A stretch of DNA of 64,000 bases from a virus, in the IMG/VR virus record IMGVR_UViG_3300008107_000014, positions 1 through 64,000 of that record. One strand, written 5' to 3'. Under the pieces are notes generated by a model. The model saw only the letters and a program-made list of their open reading frames with translations, did no database searches and was not told the DNA's origin. Positions 31,401 through 38,066 of the stretch are shown piece by piece; position 1 is the first letter of the stretch, and every line of letters begins with the position of its first letter. The translations under genes were made by a program, and so were the position numbers.

Positions 31401-33336
31401 AACTAAAATTTTTAAAATTGGCCACCCCATTCTTGAATCGAAGTCAGTTATTGTATATGTTGATAAGATTAAGCAAACTCAAAGTTTAGATCCTTATAAC
31501 ATAACCTATGATTATTATCTTAACTTAATAGATCAACAAATTGAATTTAATGTAATTCCGCCAGCAGGAAAGATTGTAGAAGTTGTTACTATCGGTCCGG
31601 GCGGATACCAAATTCTTGACTATGAAGAATTTGTAGGCGACGGTACAACTACGTTATTTTTAACAAGTGCAAGATTTGAAGATACTCGTTATATTCTAGT
31701 CACAGTCAACGGAATTGAGTATCCAGCAAATTTCATTACTTCTAAAGGATTATTAAATGACAAAGATAATACTGTAATTCAGTTTGCCGTTCCACCTGCA
31801 TTTAGGGAGTCAATTAAAATATTAGTACTAGCTGATAGTATTGAATCTGATAGTTCCGGACAAAGTGTTATTAGGATCAATGAACAATTCATTGTGCATG
31901 ATGGAAGTACAATGATTTATAATTTGGATAAATTTGTAAATCTGGATAGAAGTTCAGCAGCCGGTAACATGATAGTTGAAGTTAACGGGCGATATATTGA
32001 TTCTGCCGATGCGCTATTCTTTAAGTATGACGGAATTAATAATTCTATTATCATTGGACAAGATCCTCTATACAATCCTGGTAGTATTGATGTTAGAAAT
32101 ATTAAAGTTTATATTGATGAGCAGCCAATTGACTTTATTAGACAATGGAGCTTCAATGGTATCGATAATCGATTAACAGTGCTTACAGAATATTTAAAAC
32201 TTGGAGCAGAAATAAGAATAGAAGTTCAACGAGATGACTTTTATCGAGTTGAAAATGATAATCTACGTTTATTGCCATCGTTGACAATAGCAGCCGGTGA
32301 TATTATTAAAGTAACATGGTTCAGTGAATATCCAACAATGTCAATTATCAAAGATAGATTTCCGGGAAATCGAGGAGTCTTTAAATTAAGACGACAGGTT
32401 GATAATTTTTCAACAGTATGGATTTACAAAAATGGTACAAGATTGACTCCTGATGTTGATTACTCAGTTGACATCAACTTTAGTTTTATTAAGTTAAAAA
32501 ATTCTGCGTTAGCAACAGACGCTATTACATTGATTGTATTTGGACAAAAAGATTATGAATTGCCTATCTCTTATGAAATTTTTAAAGATATGCTAAACGT
32601 TAATCATTATAAGCGTTATTCAATCGGCACAGTAAAATTAGATCAGCCATTGAATTATTACGATACTGAAATTATTGTGAATAATGCATCTGATCTAATT
32701 ACGCCTGATCTGCCAAATAGAGTACCTGGCATGTTGTTAATCAACAACGAACGTATCGAATACTATACTAAAACAGGTAATGTCCTGGGTCAGTTGACTA
32801 GGGGAATTCAAGGATCTTCTACACCAGAAGTACACGCCGCAGGAACTGATGTTGCCGATGTATCGGTAACTGAAAGTTTACCGTATCGTGAATATCAAGA
32901 AAAAGAAGAGTTTATCAGCGATGGTAGTAGTTTATTAATTGGACCGTTAATGAATACCCCAGTAAAGGCTACTCCGACTACATGGTATCGATCATCAATT
33001 CCTAGTAACTTTGGACCAAATCATCAGTACGAAGTGTTTGTTAACGGAAAACGTTTACGTAAAGATCCGTATGCGCAATACTTGGAAAATAATGGATCTT
33101 ATAGTCCAGCAGCCGATATTAATGTTGAAGCAGAGTTCTCCGTTGACGGAACTACAGCATATATTAGACTTACGTCAAAAGTACCTGCAGGAACCAAGAT
33201 TACAATCATTAGTCGTAGCGGTAAAATCTTCTACGATAGTGGGTTAACGACACCTGCATCGGGTGCTTCACTAATTTTAAACGATTCTGTGGTCGCTAAG
33301 TTTTTAAGAAATAAGCGCACAAAATTACCAGAATAA
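19426..33336 (+). CDS. Giant (4636 aa) multidomain baseplate/virion structural protein in the gp7 position
   Basis: Directly after gp6; contains FIREKGT, CBM5/12-like aromatic repeats, FG-GAP-like repeats, GxGYxxxP Ig-like repeats and GDGxTxxF repeats. Confidence 0.75.
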   Translation: MTDKVFNQSGLPIRRTVDFLPSVFKTETNSKFLGGVLDPLVQPGVLEKLSGFIGKKYGKTFNGKDVYIDSDDTLRSRYQLEPGVIVTNKKKTITNFYDYLDFKNQLNFFANDIQRDDLITKDECYSWAPPIDWDKFVNFREYYWQPSGPPSVAVLGQSQKIESTFRVRAVENGDLPTWLFYPDGLTYNPTIILYRGQTYNFEVNSPRNKFSIRRTGSIDLVQGQFNPLMFYTAGEVVAYNNKLWKAKVDIQGDGSSINEFSQDWEATDLTDVNTYNTGVTNNGIEVGTLTFTVPNDAPDSLFYISEQEPLRTGQFIIKDILENTFIDIEKEILQKKTYTSSNGVKFTNGMVIGFAGKTSPTKYATGRWLIEGVGSSITLIEFDRLTPPVLDNTNTEVLFDNEGFDTLPYDEATSFPGVKDYIISNRASIDGNPWSRNNRWFHKSVLEYSHSLNNSSLDADESLRAKRPIIEYAPNVQLFDHCAIAKVAVDFIDNFTKDVFSTIEGKSGYSIDGERLFQGARVLVTADTDNLVKNKIYRVNFIATQYSGNTGTQISLVEDTDAISQAGDGVLVLKGATYRGKMFHFNGTTWKISQSKTTVNQPILFDVYDTDENSFGDTLTYPVSTFTGTTILGYKIGNGVVDKELGISLSYLNIDNIGDVLFTANWDTDTFAYQQPSIATKKINTGFLKINAANRSSSYTNTWEITASDYLQPVVDSILITKATNIVAFDSVYWNQASKEKIVFYKNGLLFNKPFTRQGLRKEQFVFEKNFAVDDVISIKVYSDAEADQGFYEIPTGLEKNPLNQDLVEITYGQVLDHLGTMVELDTAFTGVFPGSSNIRDITGFQKYGRRLVKHEGVLPLSLMLICDKDVNVIKSINYSALSYQQFKNNFLTLATTLEYDQNPVNFVDAILNEMSKIKNIDNAFSDSDMIGAGSHKNLIYKVEDQVKTFALTTKFDLNSLSRIAVYVYKNQTQLLHGTDYTFNKTFGYLNLLIDVADGDVIEIREYNSTSYAFIPSTPTKLGLYKKYTPTMFIDDTYITPTQVIQGHDGSIVVAYDDYRDELLMELEKRIYNNIKAEYDPAKFDIDAILGGYYGTGVYTKAQLDKILEPQFLSWITNSNVDYVENSYLDTENSFTYTYSDMTDFTQERNLLGWWRGIYLWFYDTDRPHTSPWEMLGFSQRPTWWESEYGPAPYTRGNTLLWEDLRDGIIRQGTRAGTYNRYARPSLLSHLPVDDQGRLISPLQSNLAQNFSLINATGNFKFGDVGPAEAAWRKSPSYPFAIVTALSLMKPFEFIPKAIDVSRIKKNKINQTVHTDTNVFLSIDAIQLPVPLVTQTSGLLNYIADFLKGKDQSLSILTDKVKNIDVRLSNKIGGFVDQAQQRYLLDSKNPKSKSSSVFIPQEDYDIIFNIGTPFLTINYSGVIVEKVNTGWKLSGYDNKNPFFNYYQALESKSDPLVSVGGVTDTFLVWTASQYYAVGEVVKNGDKYYRVVKGHTSGNTFDDTQFKQLARLDQVGAVEVNKRQYFNKTETKKIAYSTVLPTLQSVADFLYGYEQYLLSLGIVFDEYNYTTQSVNDWSTSIKEFLFWSKHNWAEGQLITLSPAAYKFDIRFLMGSVDNLLDSFYEYTIFKKDGNILLPAFINVNRDYQTFSISVTDTTDGIYFVNLNFVLKEHVVVFKDKTVFNDVLYDKTSGYRQDRVKVIGYRTTDWDGDYTSPGFLFDNVNIQEWQPFIDYGLGDIVSYREFNWTSQAKQTGTEEFDDTKWTKLDSHPTKGLVANFDYRINQFEDYYDLDADGLSSSHRDLARHAVGYQQRDYLNNLSQDPVSQFKIYQGFIREKGTANAITKIFDKLSRTDSDSISLKEEWAFRVGDFGGTDQFTEFEFLLDKGKFKLTPQPIIISEYPTNAVDTSDLYYRIPLTDFTIKSVGATSAVLPMAHYDVPNRNAGYVKIDQADAIVKTIDDITSLSVTDISYGSHVWITFDPLKQWNVLRYTRSNMFVQSVIRDNTTKIITVTCNMRHGFNVGDVISISGIVNLSGFFKILTVDGYDFGIKTSVTDEPILEDSYLAAVGYFEPARFNDARSISPTEFAKLKVGNRLFLDVDENDRWEVLEKINSIYSSNLIDEYGFTQPVNAGVAVLQLIIRNQTIVSIPGSNAVVAYTDTFDGKLRSFQTLTAPDFLETRLLGKFGYVLNATPDEKWLFVGSPLVSGVGSRFQGDFSTTAFYNQNDIVIFAGKLWRALRNVNGDGSSINVYTQDWEIATNILADTYNSIYVNTKYYRKGSIVQYGSLSYIALQNTTGRLPIDTAYWAITTAGNAGYIKQGVVTVYQWKNEQWTEKETFVSPRPQPEEKFGFSISSAVLADGSYQLAVSAPGATNNTGAVYLYKLNSTDPLLPEWELIEDSTYLGIYDQTRFYPAGSIVWYGNKLWKALADNNGDGSSITVNSADWIEMSDTITQSSLPTSAAIIEDGLITEVGILNGTTFRLPEIVKAGDEFGHSISLSTDGLTLVVGSPYGDEKSITNYKGVWVSYQLYTSGDVVRYNTEYYRVTASTSINDIPATLVNWTFINFADSDSASKKFGKLFVYKRNSIGVYQLFQTVSNSTIPSITDIGLEVLEAGDRFGASVDTNKDGTVIIASAPFGNINFADNGYAYVLKYSSTENKYKLTNKFSGIESSNFELFGTQVKVTDDADKIVISAQNSITKLKVKFDNNSTTFDKKTTGFFKEQGSTGRVYVYEQQFTEYFLAEELDATFIADESFGSSLDVKNNTIVVGSPTYKVGGLPFGQVRKFKKQQGELTWNTIGAQPLQVNIGLLKSIGIYDTDKNELISDIDIVDHYKYKFLGIVEQELDFKVPYDPAIYSFGTDEGVTVDTGQTWYEKNVGKVWINMKNVKWINYEQGDIAYRAGHWNELAKGATVDVFEWVETLIVPSEWSTIADTTEGLSLGISGQPLYPNDTSYNTKIIYDEATGTVAKRLYYYWVKNSANIPDVPDRKLSTAAVALYITNPTTAGIPFVAMIDENKFLAYNFEKYLPSTPGTFNFKFYKNDSRINLVHHEYHLLTEGVAGSVPTTNLENKWIDSLIGYDMIGNTVPDPALSPKQRYGTGYRPRQSMFVNRQTALKVFIDEVNSILETDSFADIIDFTTLNSIDEIPNSKLNLYDITLDTYADLITVNIARIKPALIKGNLVDGKLTSIDIIDAGFGYRVAPPVVITGTGTGASVTLTIDNSGRVSGYKINNAGKKYDSVTLTVRAFSVLVNNDETYNNYWSVYQFDSKSTSFFRSLTQDFDTTRYWSLKDWWAMGYGSSSRVVEEIPGTYYEPQLARTIELKLNDLIKITEYGNGGWAVLKLINESATTINEKYQIVGRHNGTFEFSSLLYDESINEIGYDNIGSYDSNSYDRQPVSETRNIIKTIRDDILINDLAARWNQLFFNSVHYIFSEQLYVDWAFKTSFLNAIHRVGGLDQKTHYKNDNLESYEEYLKEVKPYRTKIREYTSSYDHLDNTNSAMSDFDLPPYYDEVEGKLVPVKSNNELLNTYPWKAWKDNNTFKITDIVVYDEGSEYINTPSVDISGGGGQGAKAQAFTSNGVVTGVVVTEQGFGYTSAPTITLVGGYQTSGTEAKATAFIGNGVVRSFDVTMKFDRISKTGTYQNFFKTETITADGLTAIYDLKYPPTTDKSKITVSVNGSLLLSNEYNIMLFNDVIDGLTVLKGKLAFTSTPIELSTITISYEKNDDILDSIDRINKHYVAKDGMLGKDPKQLMTGLDFGGVVIQGSSFNSTGGWDALPWFSDSWDSVIPNADYYIVADGSTTSITLPYTPSVGQAINIYIKRGDFSTLPDKTGRFSRIDDPYFNLYDGSTIQANGNSVAAEGAIMNTFIGNGVTKEINLPYSLHTQAGDILIFRSSDSDGTVSITDTNVQDTTLSGGNLSNINNAYSTANGLTADEISINGDTFISPYQVPAPEENVPGQVLDSVSIKTFQRTSTGAAQVRSVVKYTDGATKIFKIGHPILESKSVIVYVDKIKQTQSLDPYNITYDYYLNLIDQQIEFNVIPPAGKIVEVVTIGPGGYQILDYEEFVGDGTTTLFLTSARFEDTRYILVTVNGIEYPANFITSKGLLNDKDNTVIQFAVPPAFRESIKILVLADSIESDSSGQSVIRINEQFIVHDGSTMIYNLDKFVNLDRSSAAGNMIVEVNGRYIDSADALFFKYDGINNSIIIGQDPLYNPGSIDVRNIKVYIDEQPIDFIRQWSFNGIDNRLTVLTEYLKLGAEIRIEVQRDDFYRVENDNLRLLPSLTIAAGDIIKVTWFSEYPTMSIIKDRFPGNRGVFKLRRQVDNFSTVWIYKNGTRLTPDVDYSVDINFSFIKLKNSALATDAITLIVFGQKDYELPISYEIFKDMLNVNHYKRYSIGTVKLDQPLNYYDTEIIVNNASDLITPDLPNRVPGMLLINNERIEYYTKTGNVLGQLTRGIQGSSTPEVHAAGTDVADVSVTESLPYREYQEKEEFISDGSSLLIGPLMNTPVKATPTTWYRSSIPSNFGPNHQYEVFVNGKRLRKDPYAQYLENNGSYSPAADINVEAEFSVDGTTAYIRLTSKVPAGTKITIISRSGKIFYDSGLTTPASGASLILNDSVVAKFLRNKRTKLPE

Positions 33337-33343
33337 ATACACT

Positions 33344-33994
33344 GTGAGAAATATTATGTCGAACAAAGAAAATGAAAAAATTATGACTAAACCGAACGAA
33401 ACGCTAGGCTTTCATATTGAAGGCCATATTAAAATATGGGATCCAGCAACTGGTGAAATATTTCGTGATAAACGAAATGCAATTCATTATGAAAATATGA
33501 GCCAGGCACTAGCCCAAAGCTTATCAGTTCAGGGCAAGGGCACTGTTTATCAAATGGTATTCGGAACCGGCGGCACAACTGTTGACCCTACTGGGCTGAT
33601 TACTTATCTAACTCCAAATACTACAGGTACTAATTCTAGTCTTTATAATCAAACCTACGCCAAAGTAGTTGATCAAAGTGCTAAAGAAAATTTGGATCCT
33701 GTTAGAAATAAGATGGAAGTTAGACATATTAGTGGTGCAACTTATTCCGACATTATTGTAACTTGTTTCTTAGACTACGGAGAACCTTCCGGACAAGAAG
33801 CCTTTGACAACAGTCAAACGATGGATGGTAATTTTATATTTGACGAACTTGGATTAAAGGGATTCGATGCAGCCGGTAACGGTAAGTTGTTAACTCATGT
33901 TGTTTTCCATCCAGTTCAAAAATCTTTGAACAGACTGATGCAGATTGATTACACTGTACGTATTCAAAGTTTAACTGGTTTTAACGAGGTATAA
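33344..33994 (+). CDS. Virion structural protein (baseplate, gp8 position)
   Basis: GHIKIWD...KRNAI, FDELGL, LLTHVVFHPVQKS; TAAATA at 33334-33339; true start may be a downstream ATG. Confidence 0.55.
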   Translation: MRNIMSNKENEKIMTKPNETLGFHIEGHIKIWDPATGEIFRDKRNAIHYENMSQALAQSLSVQGKGTVYQMVFGTGGTTVDPTGLITYLTPNTTGTNSSLYNQTYAKVVDQSAKENLDPVRNKMEVRHISGATYSDIIVTCFLDYGEPSGQEAFDNSQTMDGNFIFDELGLKGFDAAGNGKLLTHVVFHPVQKSLNRLMQIDYTVRIQSLTGFNEV

Positions 33995-33995
33995 C

Positions 33996-36125
33996 ATGCC
34001 ATATATTGTAACGTTTACTGAAAAAGATCAAAAGGTACCTATTACTGTATATGACAATACGTCAAATACTGATACCTCTATTACACTGCCTGGCCGTAAT
34101 GTAACCGGCTATGGGCAAATTATTGCAGAAAATTTTATTAGATTGTTAGAAAATTTTGCAGGACCGGGAAGACCGACCAACCCCGTTGAAGGACAGTTGT
34201 GGTATAACACAACCAACGAGCAATTACAGATATGGGATAATGTTGACTGGAAAGCAGCTAGTAATATTCAAACTAGTGTTGCTACACCAGATGCAGCGGC
34301 TAGTAGAAAAGGCGATTTATGGGTTGATACTAATAAACAACAACTTTCTATTTACTCCGGCAACAAATGGATATTAGTTGGTCCATATGTTAGTACAATT
34401 GACGGAAAACGAACCGGACCTATTGTTGAAACTATCATTGGATCGGATAACTTAGATAAGACAGTAGTAACGTTTTATATTGATGATTCTCCTATTATGA
34501 TTATCAGCAAGGAGCAATTTTATCCCAAAGCAGATATTGCGGGATTTACAGCACAGGGGATTAAACCCGGAATCAATATTACCGCAGAAACATTTGTAAC
34601 AGGATTTCCAACTAGATTACTGGGAGTTGCTACATCGTCTGAAGCACTTAGAGTTAACGAAGCAGATGTTGCTGCATCTTTATTTTTAAGATCCGACGCA
34701 ATTAACACCACCGAATATCAACTTAATGTTCGAAATAATTCTGGTATTACAGTTGGTGCTGATAGTACATTTAATATTTTAAGTGGTTCATCGGGCGGCA
34801 AACTTTATAATTCGTTGGCCGGTGGATCAATTGACATTCAAACATCTAAATTAGGTTTGCCAGCTACGATTCTTCGTGTTAAAGAAGATAATGTCGGCAT
34901 TAATACACTTGAACCACAAGCGTCCTTGCATGTCACTGGCGATGCAATTATTACTAATGTAGTTAATTTAACCAGCGCAACTGATGCAGTTAACGTCAAT
35001 AGTGGAGCATTACAGGTCACAGGCGGTGTTTCAATTAAAAAGAAATTAGTAGTTGGCGGTAACATTGATTCTCAAAGCACATTATCTACAAGAACAATTC
35101 TACCAGCCGTATCTAACACCTACGATATTGGAACAAGCGAACTTAGATATAACAACATCTATTCTAAAAAAATAACAGCCCAAGAGTTTGATGGTGCATT
35201 TACAGGTAACATTTCCGGTAATGCTGATACTGCTAATGCATTAAAAAATACAACAACCTTTAAATTCAAAGGAGCAGTTACATTAAAAACTGACGTTGTC
35301 TTTGACGGATCTGGAACAGCAACTGTCAAAGAGTTTGATACTGTACTGTCGCTTGACTTTATTGCTAATCAGAACACCCTAAGTACTTCGACTTATGATA
35401 CTAGTGTATTGGTATATGTTCCTCGTTCATTGTCATCTAATAAACTTGGAAAAATGACTCGAGACGACTTTGTTGGAGAACTAGGAGTCCCCATTGGTAC
35501 AATTATGCCATTTGCTGGTGACATTGTGCCTAAGGGTTATTTGTTGTGTGACGGTAGTGAAGTTTTTAGAAATCAATATTCTGATTTGTATAATCTTATA
35601 TTAGACAAATATGTTCCTAGTGGATATGTATGGAAATCAGGATCGGACTATCAAACATATTTTAAATTACCTGATCTTCGAGGTCGATTCCCACTAGGCG
35701 CAGACAATATGTCTAATGGATTAACAATAGCATCAACATCTGTTTCGGCAGGTGGCGGCTCAGTTAATCGCGTATCTGGTACAGAAGCAAGTAGACTAGG
35801 CGGATCATCTGGTCAAGCTGCCTATGGATTAACAACTGGTAATTTACCGCAGCATCAACATGATATGAGAGGTGTACGTCCAGACGGAACACCAGGCGAA
35901 CAGTACTATGCGGTTAACGCAACCACCGCAACTCCTATTGATGCTAGTGCAACATTAAGAGCAGGCGGTGTGCCTGTAGCTGGTCAGTTAGCTAGTTTAG
36001 CAAGTTCTGGAAATATCAAAGATCAAACTCAACTGGCTCAACAATTTCCATTGATGAACCCATACCAAACTATTAATTACATTATTAGATATGGTCGCGA
36101 CTTCTTTGATGCAGCTAATAGATAA
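33996..36125 (+). CDS. Tail fibre protein with tail-collar domain
   Basis: Shared N-terminal GRN..GYG..IAENFIRLLENF...GQLWY; C-terminal PIGTIMPFAG..VPKGYLLCDGS...FKLPDLRGRF...NPYQTINYII. Confidence 0.85.
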   Translation: MPYIVTFTEKDQKVPITVYDNTSNTDTSITLPGRNVTGYGQIIAENFIRLLENFAGPGRPTNPVEGQLWYNTTNEQLQIWDNVDWKAASNIQTSVATPDAAASRKGDLWVDTNKQQLSIYSGNKWILVGPYVSTIDGKRTGPIVETIIGSDNLDKTVVTFYIDDSPIMIISKEQFYPKADIAGFTAQGIKPGINITAETFVTGFPTRLLGVATSSEALRVNEADVAASLFLRSDAINTTEYQLNVRNNSGITVGADSTFNILSGSSGGKLYNSLAGGSIDIQTSKLGLPATILRVKEDNVGINTLEPQASLHVTGDAIITNVVNLTSATDAVNVNSGALQVTGGVSIKKKLVVGGNIDSQSTLSTRTILPAVSNTYDIGTSELRYNNIYSKKITAQEFDGAFTGNISGNADTANALKNTTTFKFKGAVTLKTDVVFDGSGTATVKEFDTVLSLDFIANQNTLSTSTYDTSVLVYVPRSLSSNKLGKMTRDDFVGELGVPIGTIMPFAGDIVPKGYLLCDGSEVFRNQYSDLYNLILDKYVPSGYVWKSGSDYQTYFKLPDLRGRFPLGADNMSNGLTIASTSVSAGGGSVNRVSGTEASRLGGSSGQAAYGLTTGNLPQHQHDMRGVRPDGTPGEQYYAVNATTATPIDASATLRAGGVPVAGQLASLASSGNIKDQTQLAQQFPLMNPYQTINYIIRYGRDFFDAANR

Positions 36126-36138
36126 TAGGGTATAAAAC

Positions 36139-38052
36139 ATGGCATACATAGTTAATAAAACAGACGGCAATATTTTATCAACTGTTTCAGATGGGCAGAT
36201 TGATCAATTAAGTTCGTCTTTAACATTAATTGGAAAAAATTACAGCGGGTTTGGAGAATATCTTAACGAAAATCTTGTTAAGTTATTAGAAAATTTCTCG
36301 AATAATACTCGTCCTTCTCGATCAATACGGGGACAATTGTGGTTCGATACCGGTGAATTACGTTTAAAAGTTTATACAGGATCTGACTACAAAGCAGTTG
36401 GATCAGCAGCATTAACATCTATCCAACCAGTTGGGTTGGGATCTGGAGATTTTTGGTATAACACCAGTAAGGATCAATTATTCTTTTATGACGGTACTAC
36501 TCCGTTATTGGTATCACCTGCATATAGTAAAACACAATTAAAGAGTGGATTTATAATTGAGACAGTTAGAGATACATTAGGATCGGACCAAACTGTTGTT
36601 CTACTCTATGCTGGCGGTAATTTATTAGGTGTGTTTAGTAAAGCGCGATTTAAACCAGTTAATCCTATCATTGGTTATCCAGCTGATTCTTTCATTAACA
36701 TTGGTTTTAACTCTGGAAAATTTCCAGGATTAGAAACAGATTCTGCGTATGATGTTAAATTTGACACCACTGTAAGTAATTCGATATTATTAAATGGGCA
36801 ACCTATTACATCTTTTGTTAGAACAGACACACCCGCTGTTACTATTTTAGGTTCTATTACAACAGCCAGTGACGACGGTTTTACGTTTGGATCTCAAAAC
36901 CAAGGCAGTTTAAAAATTTCCGCACTAGGCGAGCTAGTACTCTCAAACAGAGCTAGAGGGCAAGACATCAATATTCAAGTTAATAAAAACGACGTTGAAT
37001 ATAGAACAGTAATTGCAATTTCAGCGGCTACTGATGTAACAAACATCTATCAAAACGTTCCGGACAGTTTACTTAAAGTTGGCGGCAGTGTTGAGATTAC
37101 TGGTAATCTATCGGTACTGGGCGATGTTTTAACAGTTAATACATCAGTAATGACCATTGAAGATAAGAATATTGAGCTTGCTAGAGTCCCAAGTCCAAGC
37201 GATGATATTGCCAGCGGTGGCGGACTGATACTCAAAGGCGGCACAGTCGGTGGCGGACTAAAAGACCATGTGTTAATTTGGTCACAGACTAACGAAGCAG
37301 CAGTCGGAACACTTCCGGCATTAAAGTCACAGGCATGGAATAGCTCAGATGATTTCAATATTGCAGCTAATAAAGCATATTACGTCAACGGTGCCAAGGT
37401 AATTGACGGCAGTTCTTTGGGCGTTGGGATTACATCTGCTCCGGGATTAACATCCTTTGGTACATTTAGTGACTTTACAGTTGATGATATTTTTATTAAT
37501 GACAATGAAATTTCAACTCGATTCACTAACACTGACTTAGTGTTTAATCCATCTGGAACTGGTACAATTAGAGTAAGTGGCACTGAAATTAAAGATCTAA
37601 AATTTGTTTACAACTCGTTTACACAACAAGTTGAAAGTCCACTATTGCCAAATGATGCAGCGCCTAAGGGTTATGTTGACTTTGCAGTTAAAAAAGCTCC
37701 TTTGGCGTTTGCCATGGATATAAGTGATCCTAGTAACCCAGGTTCGCAATTATCAAACGCTGCGATTGCTGTTTTCCTAGCACAGGTATTTCCAGTCGTC
37801 GAACACATAGCTGGAACAACACTAAGAGTATTATGTTCATATCTTACCAACAGCGTTGAAACATTATCTATCAGTACAGAATTAAACAAACAATATAGAA
37901 CAGTTGTTACTGGAGTAAGTCCAACTACTACGGGCACTGCATTGGAAGACATAACTATATCATCGATCACGTTACCGACCAGCGATTTAATTCTTACTAG
38001 AACAGTTAAGACTTACACGCTTGATTCGGGTGTGTGGACTTTCCAATCATAA
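36139..38052 (+). CDS. Tail fibre protein
   Basis: Same N-terminal module (LIGKNYSGFGEYLNENLVKLLENF...GQLWF); IEDKNIEL and DAAPKGYVD fibre motifs. Confidence 0.75.
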   Translation: MAYIVNKTDGNILSTVSDGQIDQLSSSLTLIGKNYSGFGEYLNENLVKLLENFSNNTRPSRSIRGQLWFDTGELRLKVYTGSDYKAVGSAALTSIQPVGLGSGDFWYNTSKDQLFFYDGTTPLLVSPAYSKTQLKSGFIIETVRDTLGSDQTVVLLYAGGNLLGVFSKARFKPVNPIIGYPADSFINIGFNSGKFPGLETDSAYDVKFDTTVSNSILLNGQPITSFVRTDTPAVTILGSITTASDDGFTFGSQNQGSLKISALGELVLSNRARGQDINIQVNKNDVEYRTVIAISAATDVTNIYQNVPDSLLKVGGSVEITGNLSVLGDVLTVNTSVMTIEDKNIELARVPSPSDDIASGGGLILKGGTVGGGLKDHVLIWSQTNEAAVGTLPALKSQAWNSSDDFNIAANKAYYVNGAKVIDGSSLGVGITSAPGLTSFGTFSDFTVDDIFINDNEISTRFTNTDLVFNPSGTGTIRVSGTEIKDLKFVYNSFTQQVESPLLPNDAAPKGYVDFAVKKAPLAFAMDISDPSNPGSQLSNAAIAVFLAQVFPVVEHIAGTTLRVLCSYLTNSVETLSISTELNKQYRTVVTGVSPTTTGTALEDITISSITLPTSDLILTRTVKTYTLDSGVWTFQS

Positions 38053-38066
38053 CAGGAAATTAAAGC

